Made by a program: the position numbers and the translations under genes. A DNA stretch of 64,000 bases from Octopus sinensis (Eukaryota). This document shows positions 52,323-64,000 of the stretch, piece by piece. Positions within the stretch are counted from its first letter, which is position 1; each line of letters opens with the position of its first letter. The stretch spans positions 29,636,001 to 29,700,000 of the forward strand of contig NC_043008.1 in the NCBI RefSeq assembly GCF_006345805.1, in the 5' to 3' direction. The notes beneath the pieces were generated by a model. That model ran no database searches. It worked only from the letters and a program-made list of their open reading frames with translations, and was not told the origin of the DNA.

Positions 52323-54022
52323 AATAAACTTTCAGTTCAAAATCGGAAATTTCATTCTTAATGACCTGACACACGCACACACACACACACACGCGCACAC
52401 ATCTGAGCACTCTGCTTACTTATGTATCTATACGTGTGACTTATGTATTGATCCCTCAATATATAAATATGTGATCGTGTGTCTCTAGTTTCTGGGAGAG
52501 TCATTACTGGAATATTAAACATACCCAGCGATTCATTATCATTTTTTTGTTTGATAGTCGATTGTCTGCGTAATGCGTTTACCTCACTAATGACATGCCT
52601 CCTCTCTACAATTTCTGCCTTGAGTATATATGAGTATGCTTAAATGTTCATATGTAGATGGGTGGTTGCTTAAAAGAGAAAGGAAGGGGGAGATTAAACG
52701 TGTGGCATGTAAGTGAGTGTGGATGTGTGCCCATGCGCGGTTTTGGGATGCGCATGTCGGCGTGTGATTGTATGTGTAGAATAGTGTTTTTCTGTATGTC
52801 AGTTTGATTGCATTGGCCACCTTTAGTATTAGGCTTGTGTTCAAGTTCATTTCGGTCTCTGATCAGCTGGGATTTGCTAGTCATACGTAAAGATTTATGG
52901 GTGTATTTCCTTGCATGGGGAACAAGAGCTAGGGTAGGTGTGTGTAGGTGTTCGTATGAGAGAAATCTTGTGATCTAGTGTGCGTGTTTGTGTGGCTGAG
53001 TCAGTTTTGTGATTGTGTTTGTTCGTATACGTGTGAACGTGTTTGTGTTTGCTTATGAATGTGCGTTCTAGTACGTGTACATCTGCGCCCTGGCCTGTGC
53101 GTGTGGTGTAGCGAGTCTTGTGTAGCCCCTGTTGTATATGTCTGTATATTTGTGTTCTTGTATGAGTGTAAGTGTTCCCTCGCTCATGTGTGTGTGTTTG
53201 CACGCGTGAATGCCTAAACATGTCTGTGTATGTGCGCATGTGTGCGGGAGTGCCTGTGCATACTTGTCTGTGTTTGTACGTGCACATGCCTGGTGTATAT
53301 TTGTTAGATTTGTGCCGTTAAGTGTTCTTGTGCTCCTCTGTGCGTGTTTTTGATGCATGCGTGTATTGGAATTCTTTATATTACATGTGGGTTTCTTGCA
53401 TCATTCTAATGATAGCCTATATCTCTCTATCCCCATGTACATGCGGGCAAATGAACAAATGCGTGCGTGCTTAAATGTGTAGTGTTGCAAATTGGAGTTC
53501 TACATATTTACAAGTTCTTATTTGTAGGGATTTCGTTGCTCCCTGCGTGTATACCTGCGTGTATGGTGGTGTATTGGACTTGCTTATATTACATGTATTT
53601 TCTTGTATCTTTTTAATGCTAGCCTATATCCCTCTATTCAAGCGTACATGCGTTCAAATGCCTAAGTGCTTGCGTAAATGTGTATTATTGCTTATTTGAG
53701 TTGTACATAGTCATTGTTTTTTATTTGTGGGATTTTCTTGTTTCCATTAGTCATCCTAAACCTAAACGACATACCTAACTATACCTGCGTACCCCTACCC
53801 TCACACATCTAGACGCACATATTTATATAAATAGGGCATTAGTTGGAATAGTAGCCTTGTGTTATTACTACGTAGTATATATATGTATTCCTATCCAGTA
53901 TTAGCAATATCTCATTTATTAGAAGAGAATCACAATTCAGTTGTAAGAAGTGAATTCACATCACGAATCTCATAAAACCAAATACAAACACGAAGTGTGT
54001 GTGTGTGTGTGTTGTGTGTGTG

Positions 54023-54055
<33 letters not shown>

Positions 54056-54078
54056 TGCGTGTGCATGTAAATACACAT

Positions 54079-54116
<38 letters not shown>

Positions 54117-54195
54117 ATATATATGCGGTAGCATACACACACTAATACGCAAATACTGAAACATACATATTTATATACATAATACATACATATAT

Positions 54196-54291
<96 letters not shown>

Positions 54292-54589
54292 CACATATAT
54301 ATATATATATTATATATATATATATAAATATGCATACACCAGTTAATTATTATATCCCATTCTCACGGGCCAAATTGCAGGCATTTCTTGCTCCTTACCC
54401 TCAATGCTCGTTTCTTCTGTTTACATTGTTCCTTTATGTTTATCTCGTCATTTTACAGTCTTTCTCTGAGAGCAGCCATATATTTTAGGTTTGAATTTTT
54501 TCGTGATAATTTCCAGCAGCTTGTAAAAGCTTGCCTGTCTAGCGTATTTCAGAGGCATTAATCTGATGGTAAGTCTCATTCAAATCCTG

Positions 54590-54832
54590 CGTATACATAC
54601 AAACATACATACATACATAAATACATACATACATACATACATACATACATACGTACATACATGCATGCATACATACATACATACATACATACATGCATAC
54701 ATACATACATACATACATACATACATACATGCATACATACATACATACATACATACATACATACATACATACATACATACATACATACATACATACATAC
54801 ATACATACATACATGTATACATGCATACATGC
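54590..54832 (+). repeat. (TACA)n microsatellite
   Basis: Directly visible. Confidence 0.97.
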
Positions 54833-55550
54833 ATACAAGAATTGGAGGATGATATCCAAAATTTCTGTCGGAAATTACGACTTGTTGAATTCTTTGCTAA
54901 TAAAAGTAGTGTAATTGATGAATCCTTAGTAAAGAATAAACCAAAATTCGCCCTACTATAAGGAAGAATGCACTCTCTCGATCAATACATTGATATTTTG
55001 ATAAATTTCCCCTTAGACACAACACTTACGTTAGGCCAAATATTAGCAAATCAGAGATATCTGCACTTAAACACCTACACATCTATAACACAATAATCAT
55101 TAAACAAGCAGTTAAATGAGTACCATTGTCATAATGGGTGCCGAATACTACAGGGCTTTAACTGAGAAGAAATTAATAATATGACATTCTACTGTGAAAT
55201 ACCTTTAAATATTAACCACCACATCTTGAAGAATGTCAATAACCTGGTTTCAAAACACTTCAATTTCCTTACTAAAAATTAAAAAAAAAGACTACATCAC
55301 CGGTTTCGAATCAAAACTCAGCAACTGCTACGGCTTACGAAATATACAGAAGTCAAGAGCAATTGAACAGTGCAAAGGGGAATAAAACGAGTACATAAAA
55401 TTATTACACCCAGAAGATCTAAAACTTAGTCTTATGATAGCGGGTTCAACATGTCCTACCCATCGTCTAAGCAATTTAACTGACATTATTTTCATACACT
55501 TATGTACTCACATACCTATTTTCATCCGGTGTTATATCGACTTCCTTCCC
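54833..55550 (+). mobile_element. Decayed N-terminal part of a PLE RT ORF
   Basis: LEDDIQNFCRKLRLVEFF, NISKSEISALK.L...IIIKQA.K..IVIM, CYGLRNIQKS, LKLSLMIAGSTCPTHRLSNLTDII, matching the PLE KPADKG, FYGLPKIHK and LRPI...PT..LS motifs. Confidence 0.7.
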
Positions 55551-56516
55551 AAAACGACTAAATCGCATTCACTTTTACTTAGTTTACAACAATATTTCAC
55601 TTGATTTAGGAATAAAGGCAAATAAGTACTGGGCGGAACAACACATACCTTTTTATAAACTATATTTTAGTCATATGTTTATTTTACCTCAGTGTCAAAC
55701 AAAATTGTATTGAAACTATGATCGATGAATTTAGATTTCATAAGTAAATTATAAATTTCACCGTTCAAAATCAGTAGAATAACGGTTAAATAAATGTACA
55801 TCCTTATCAATTTCTATATCATTTATTGTCTTTTAATTTAATTGCGCGTAAATATATCTCAATGGAACCAATCTAATTCTTTGTACCTCGTAAACGTTGG
55901 TGCAGTAGTGAAAAACTTATACGGATTTTTTTTGCAAAACGCTAAAATTTAGCAATTTCAGCTCCGATATTGCATGTTCATTCAGAAATAAATTTTAAAT
56001 GTAATTTCATAGAATAATTATCAGTATTATCTTTTCCGATAGAATTAGGAAAAAGCATTGACTTTAACTTCAAAGTCTAATTGCCTAAAACGAACGAGTG
56101 ATGTTCATGCGACACAACAGTTTACGCCGCTAAAATTTTATCGATGGCTATTGGAATGAGTGAATGTTTTTGGTAACTCTCCCCAATAAGCTTTGATAAT
56201 AAATACATAGGTATTCAAACCGAAAGATAACCGTCGAAAGTTAGATAACGAGAACGAAATGCTAGAGAGGAAGAACAAAGGGAGATTTTTCACTAAAAGT
56301 GGAACTAAACGATGCGCCAAAATTATATCAGCTTTCAGTGATTTTTGTTTCTTTCATATATATCCACCGATTCATCTTAATATATTTTCTTTTGATGCAT
56401 TAAATATTAACAATTTCTAATTTAATAAACTGAAATCTTTCTGATATATATTTTAGAGGAATAATTACCACTTTTATCTCGTATATTTGGTGAATAAAAC
56501 TTTTATAACACACACT

Positions 56517-56609
<93 letters not shown>

Positions 56610-57899
56610 CATATATATAAACACACAATATATATACATGCATATATACATACATAAATATATGTATATGTTATATGAATATATATATATATATACATTT
56701 ATACGTATATACATATACAAGTGCTTTTGCTTTTTCATTCAATGTGTAATCACCAGCTACCGAACAATTAATTTCCTTCACGATTGATTGTCAGGAAGTG
56801 AAGTGTACGCGGCTAAAATTTTATAAACGGTTACCAGATTTGTGTAACAGCAATGTTGATATAATATGTGGGAAAACATGTCATCTCTAGTTGCAGAAAA
56901 TAATATTTAACTATGTGAATTTGATTAGGATTTTCTGCAATTCCTTCATATGTGAGACAAAGCACCGTAAATTGTTTCAATTTTTGTTATTAATCTTGCC
57001 ACATTAGCCATCATTGAAATTAATATATATGTGATTGAAATGGGGTTTGCATATAAGGATCATCTATGCATATAATTGGTACAAAAGAAATATATTACTA
57101 AATCTATCTATTTATCTATCTATACATAAATACACACACAGAGATACGCACACACATTTAATAAGATGAGAAAATAGAGAGGTAATTAATAAAATATTGT
57201 TTATTAATTAAAAAAAATGACAAGCTAATTCAATTCAAGACCTTCAGAAAATAAATTAATCAAATTAAAAATTATTTAAAAGTCGAATCTTTTCAGAGGT
57301 AGATAAAGATATATAAAATAGGAGCTCCAGTAGTTAATGGTTTGCACCGGATTACTCAGCAATCATGTATTGAACACCTATTTTGTGTATCCTTTTTTCT
57401 CCTCTCTTACCCTTCAACTAATCACTTGAAACCGTTACAATTACATACCCCTACCTTATGTCATAGACGCTTCTCTCTCCCTCTTTTTATCTCATACTCT
57501 TTTTCTCTCTCCCATTTTTTCTTCTTCTTTGTGTCTAATCACGTGAAAGCGTTACCTATGGGTTAAGTAACGCAATGACAAGTAGAATTACTTTAAGATG
57601 TGCGTGTGTGTGTGCGAGTATGAATCTGCGTTCCTGTGTGCGTGTGTGTATATGTGTGCGTGTTTATATGTGTGTGTAGCTGGATAGATTCGCAGATCAT
57701 TCCGAATCAGAAAAAAGATACCATGCTACTCCAATGGAAAATATTTTTAACATTCTATGCATTGCCGCTGCCAAGTTTGGTCACGAGAAAGCGTCAATGT
57801 GGTTGTGGAACGTCAGGCAGTCCAGCGCAACTAAACAATAAATATTAACCCAGTGAAACAGAACTACTGGCAGATGCTGAAAGTCTACTTCCTAGAGAG

Positions 57900-58270
57900 A
57901 AGGCACAAAATATATACAATAATATAAACATAGGAGATGCTGAGATGTTTGTCTCCCAACTTTGGAAGTGAAAGCTATACAAAACACTGAACTACATAAT
58001 ATCAAGTTCTCGTCTCCTCTATCCAGAATAGGGTCCAAAAATGTTTATGGGTCCACAAATGTTCAAAATTCTGTCAAACAGCCTCAGAGAATTATGAGGT
58101 GTAGATGTGGAGCTCTTCAAAGCGAGTCTGATCAAATTATTATATGAGATACGAGATGGTCCAAAATCGCGATCAACAGCAACGTCCCTCCAACTCGTCA
58201 GAAACAATGAAGCATGGTGATCCCTCATGGCCTGAACGGTCGACAGAAACCTGTAAGAAATAAAAGATAA
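57900..58270 (+). mobile_element. 3' fragment of a CR1/L2-superfamily LINE
   Basis: GPQMFKILSNSLREL*GVDVELFKASLIKLLYEIRDGP...RSTATSL resembles the GPxLFNxLP...FKxxLD...IPDxP tail; ends gaaataaaaga. Confidence 0.5.
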
Positions 58271-58400
58271 AATCTAAAAAGTAAATATAGACACAAGCAC
58301 GCACATAAACATATATATCACTATATATACATACATGCATATATATATAATGTATCTATCTATCTATTTCTCTCTCTCTCTCTTTCTCTCTCCCCATATA

Positions 58401-58438
<38 letters not shown>

Positions 58439-61400
58439 TATATACATAGATATGTATGTATTCATAAACATATATGGATGTATTATGTATATACATCTAT
58501 ACACATGTCTTCACACGCACATTCACACATATAATCATGTAACTATCATCAGAACAATTATCAAGACATATATCTACGGGGTTGACACCAATAAGCCGTT
58601 TCTTTATTAATGTGCAGAATCATAAAAATATTCCAATATAACTTCTGCATGTATGTGTGTGGGGAGGTGCTCTCGTCTTCTTAACTTCTAGCAATGTTTC
58701 GTTTCACATAACTTGCTGTATATCTAAGATTGGGAATTACCGGATTTGATACATTAAAAAATATGGAAGATAAAGCTCAATGCATAAGTGATTTCGGTTT
58801 AAAATATTCAGTTAGCCTATTTAGTTACATATTTATGCATTGATTTATTTATTTTAATGCAGCGATATATGCAAATCGCAATACGTGAAAGGAGTCACTG
58901 AGCTAAAAATGCAGGGACCCATTGCTCTAGGTCTATGGGATTACGATTTTGAAAAATACATATCAAAAAGTTTACTTTTCGATATTAACTGCGCAAAAGT
59001 GTATAAAAAATTCCAAATTTCCGTTGTGTATACAATTATTACATTTGTTGTGAGCATTAGATAATCTAATCGCACACTAACACACACAAGCACACAAACA
59101 CAAGCACCCTCATATACATACACAGATACTAACATACATGCGCGTGCATTAATTCAAATGCGTTACATAGGGGCGATAGTTAGGTTGGGTAATGGTGAGA
59201 TAGAATGTCGTTTGCGCTTGTGTTTATGAGATAGTCCTTTCAATAGCTGTACGAAATACGCTTTACTTGTTTACGAACTGAAAATGTCCGTCTATAATAT
59301 ATCCACCTATAGTCGTCAGTTTATAAAAACACATTATTTCTATCCATCGTAAAACAGTCTTCGGCCAGAAATAATTTGTAAGAAAATGTTTGCCAAAGAT
59401 TATGGAGCAAATTAACTTCTTTAAAAATATGCGATTCTCGCTGGTTTCGGGTTTAAGCAGATTACATAGCACTTCAATATATGAATACAATACCGAATAG
59501 CCAGTAAAATAGTATGCAAGTTTCTGACTCAAGTCGAGCAATTTCTACATACACACTGTACAAAATTTGAAACATCGAGACAATATTATACTGTTGTTAT
59601 TATGTAAAATAAATCGCGGTGCGTATTAATGTTTTTGAAATAAGACAGGGAATAGAAGATATTCATGAAAAAATGAATTGGATATGCCTAACTTATTTCG
59701 AGGTTTATATTATAATTATTTCTACTGCATATCTAGAAACATGATATTTGCGAAGAAGTAGTCCCATTCAGAAAATTGGAATATACGGACAATAAACGTT
59801 ATTTTCAATGTTTTCAGTATTTTCTGAATGAAATATATTTGATCTATATTTTCGGTTCAGAGGATTTATATATTTAATGAAGAATACAGTGAATACGTCT
59901 GCAACACCTGTTACTTTATAACACGGATTATTTTTATCGTTCCATTTTCGAAAATTTGTTCGCTTCATTGCGTACATTCGATGGGGAATTATTAAAATTT
60001 TAGTGAATGTCTTTTTTTATATATTTAGAACATTCGTTAATAACCAAACGTTATGTACACACCCAACCACCACCACCCCACACACACACGTACACACGCA
60101 TATATGTCTGTGTGTATGTATATACGTATATATATATATATATATCATTTTAATATTATATATGTATAATTTAATAGTATATATACGCATAATTATATGC
60201 TATATATATGATTATAATATTATATACATATACATAAATATATATGTCTGTAAGTGTGAGTGTGTGTGTGTGTGTAACTGTGATAACTATATGTAAGTTG
60301 CTATTTTGAATTATGAGAAATGTCTGTGCATATTACATTTATATGTCACATGCATTAACCCACTAGTTACCACTTTGTTAGGAAAAGGAATATTACTCTG
60401 CTACCGCCCTTAGGAACTGATTATTATGACTTCCTCAAAATATCTATACAAAGTAAGAATTTTCCACATTCCACAAGTACTAGCAATGAAAGAAATCCAT
60501 TTCAAATGCATGTATTAGAGCTGTATTTAATTGCTTTGCGAAACCCTTGAGTTATATATCAACGCCCTTGATATATCAGTTACCACTATCATTCAGCGGC
60601 TAAAGGCCGCGCGAACTGTTGCATGCTGTAATGAAAAGGGAATAGTCGGATGGAAGACTTCTAAAAAGAAAGCTGTCATCGGTCTGATAGTGAACAGAGG
60701 CTAAGATCTTCCAAGTATATGCCAGACTAAAAATATTATACCTGTTCTGATCAATAACAACAGTTATTGATCAACGGGGATATAAAGTATTTATACCTAG
60801 ATAGACAAAAAATAAACCGCAAAAAATATCAAAATATCTTTTTAGGACGTATTTGAAAAGAGAATTGTCTTGGTTGCATGATCTAGAAATGAAACAGCTA
60901 TGGTAACATTCATATCTAGTTGATTAACATTTTAGACTAACATTGATTTTACAATAACAGGGAAAATATAACCTGTCAAGAAAACCGATCAATGTAACGT
61001 GTACGGTGGTACCCACTGTGTGCGTAGCTGTATGAATGTGTTAATAGATGTATTACATGCATGTGCGTGTAAGTCGACAAAGCAGAAAATCAGACTGTGA
61101 CCGTCGAACATGGTTTTTGTCATTCTCCCCAGCAAGTAATAATGGCTCGAGCCATATTCACTAATGTTAAGTAAATAACCCTAATTTATATATTTTAGGT
61201 CTGTTATTTAACGTCCTTTAATTTCAGTTAATAATTACACCGGCGAAATTGGCAAACATTTTTCATATTTTATTTTCTATATGCATGTAGTAACTATGTA
61301 AATGAACTTTGGAAATTAATGTCACTTATCTTAAAATTAACTATGCTAATTTCTTTCACAATTACCGCTACATTCCGTCTATTATCCAGCTAAAACTAAA

Positions 61401-61541
61401 AATATATTAAACAAGGCCAGAAGTTTTGCGGGGAGAATATTAGACGATTACCTTCACCCATTCAATGAATTATAGTTATTGTATCTATCCCGAGAATACG
61501 AAAAGTGAAGTCAACTTCGTATAGAATCTAAAATAAGTAAA

Positions 61542-61929
61542 TCTCTCTCTATATAAACGGAAGTTTGTCTGTGCGTGTTTCTGTGTGTCTGTTTGCTTGT
61601 ACCCTCACTCTGACCACGGCTTTCAACCGATTCTGATGAAACTTGACACACACATAGCCCAATGTCATAATTCAAAACTAACGCAGCGAAAATTTTTAAA
61701 AGTTCCCCCAGTTCTGAAAAAAATCGATAAATTCGACATGGGGTCGAGAATCAAAAAAAATAAACCACAGACTGTCTAGGGGACGCAACTCAACCTTTTT
61801 TTACTCTCAAAAAAAAATTTACCATAATTTTTTTTCTATTTTTTTGCTATTTTTTGGCTATAAACTCTCTAAAAATGCTTTATAGTTATTTCCCTTACAA
61901 ACCTGAGCAACGCCGGGCGATACTGCTAG
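61542..61929 (+). mobile_element. Complete non-autonomous Helitron (388 bp)
   Basis: A|TC start, subterminal hairpin cctgagcaacgccggg, CTAG|T end, insertion between A and T without a TSD. Confidence 0.88.
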
Positions 61930-62899
61930 TACCTTATAAAACTGACATTAAGCATTTTTACTGGCGCACTAACTTTTCTGCGTGCTTCTCGCCCCCATGA
62001 TATTTGTAAATAATTAAGCAGCATTTTTATATCACCTAATAACTCATTCATTTAAACTTTAAACCATTTCCATAGTGGTGTTATTGCCCTCAGATCATAA
62101 TTCGTAATATAAATTTTGAACTTCAAACATATATCTATATATTTGTATGAATGATATATATATGTTCATACATATGCATGTCTATACTTGAATGTGTGTA
62201 TGTGTGTGTAAGTGTTGGTGTGTGCGCGACACACACACGCAAGTACATACTTACAAGCACGCGCGTGCACACATATGTAAGTGTCAGCGTAATTTAGTGA
62301 TAGAAATGAATATGTTAATTGACAATGGATTAGAGAACTAGCAATTTATCGTATCTAAGCATACCATTAGGGCTATACTTCATTTGCAGAATGTACTGCA
62401 TACACTCTCACAGATAACAAAAGACCTATATTACATTTTCATAATGATAGGTAAGTAGATAGCGCTACATACAAATATAGACGTATATTTATATAGATAT
62501 AAAACTATGCTTGACTATATACAGATAGATAGATAATAGATAGATTGATAATATATAGATATATACATACATACATACATACATACATACATACATACAT
62601 ACATACACACATACATACATAAGCGCGTTTACAACCATATATACAAATACATTCATATATATCCCACCATTACGTTGTTTGGCTTCCACATCTCAGATCA
62701 ATGAAGACACATTCACTTACTTGCCTCATCAATCAAAACAGCTGCTCAGAGTAAAATAAAACCAGTTCGGCGGCGATTTAAATTCTGCAAATGTTCAAAT
62801 ATCGGTAAATATCTAAGCACGCATGCACGTAATATTTGACGTATGGTTTATAAGCTCGTTTAAATATATGTACACACTATTGTAATCATATACATTTGC

Positions 62900-64000
62900 T
62901 TCCAGCATATGAAACTATTTCCTAATAATCGAATATCTTCCAGCAGCATTTTCAATTCTGTCAAAATATAAATATCTTTTGTGCTAATAAAAATTCTGCA
63001 ATATATAGCCATTTAAAATTTTTCAGCATAGGTTAACTATATTTTATTGAATTTTCAAAATATATATAAGCATCTGCAACAAAAATACCACACATAGAAA
63101 TATTAGCATTATTTGCTGCAAGCGGAAGAGCTATAGGAAGGAATGGTTTTTAATTTAGGCAAAATTCCTTCAGTTATAAGCATCGGTCCCTGTTTTTCAC
63201 CTGTTCTTTATTCTGTTAACCTATCAGGGGATGAAGGAATTGTCCTCGGTGCGATTTACCACAATGATTATTTTTCGAATATTATAAATCTACTTCTAAT
63301 TAATACGTTCATTTGCAAACCACCCGAATATAGATAACTTAAAATATTATAATCAATTTGCATTTCTACCAGTGGAAAGTGGTACATTAAAAAAGGTAAC
63401 AAACGGATGATCCCATGTAAGTTAACGTAATATGTCATATTTCAATACTGAAATTGCATTTTATCTGAAAACAAATCGTATCTACATAATCTGACAAATA
63501 GCATTTATATAACTAAATAGACTTAAATAAAAAATATTTAAACACGGTTTGTTATCTGCAAAAGCACAGGATTTAGAGCGTCTATTAGTGTCCTGGGCAA
63601 AAAAAACAATTCGTCCTTTATAAAATCCGAAATATATTGCACTCACTATACAAATGAGAAACAATATACATGTTTTTCTTTTGCATTGAAAAATATATCT
63701 TTAACATAATAAAGCAGGGAAACGGATACAAAAATAGTTGTTGAAAAATTAAATTCAAAGCAGAATAAAAAGGTTAAATCGAACAGAAGATGAGGACTAA
63801 GATATCTCCTTATAAAATTCCATGAATATTTGCATCAGCTGCATTGTGAAAAACATAGCCACCAAACAGTTCGAAAGATCACTGATAAAAAGAGCTTGAC
63901 AGTTAGGTCGGAAGAATAAAGCCCTATAAATATATTCAGATGCAGAATATGTTCGATGACTACATACCCACAGGAGTTTATGAGATTATCGAACATACTG
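62900..64000 (-). pseudogene. Possible decayed 7TM receptor sequence (two GRL101/LGR-like TM1-TM3 fragments)
   Basis: Broken hydrophobic frames such as QALFISDLSNCLVAMFFTMQLMQIF and ISMCGIFVADAYIYF...YIAEFL. Motif resemblance only. Confidence 0.22.

Noticed and set aside
61630-61650. ctgatgaaac motif
   Set aside because: Part of the Helitron internal sequence; the rest of the hammerhead fold is missing.

Overview
AT-rich, microsatellite-saturated eukaryotic genomic DNA. The tRNA-derived SINEs closely resemble the octopus OK/OR families, so a coleoid cephalopod source is inferred from memory, not from a search. Most of the window is transposon-derived: (1) several Penelope-like elements (PLEs), including an uninterrupted 5'-truncated RT + GIY-YIG ORF at 19609-21021; (2) a nest of R4/Dong-type RLE LINEs in (TAA)n tracts at 6.2-11.4 kb; (3) an internally deleted mariner; (4) a decayed Tc1 whose transposase appears to carry a spliceosomal intron; (5) non-autonomous Helitron/Helentron-like elements; (6) many SINEs. 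The most interesting signal is a set of type I hammerhead ribozyme (HHR) motifs in four unrelated sequence contexts: a U3-A8 covariant core after the PLE ORF, a canonical minimal HHR in an inverted-repeat PLE remnant, a ~347-bp tandem/inverted retrozyme-like array, and a composite tRNA-like promoter + HHR element with a 12-bp target-site duplication. No host gene is identified with confidence. A chain of small minus-strand exons at 0.5-5.3 kb could encode a cysteine-rich peptide, and a GPCR-like relic may lie at the right end. Nearly all ORFs in the supplied track are microsatellite artefacts. All alignments and folds were done by eye.
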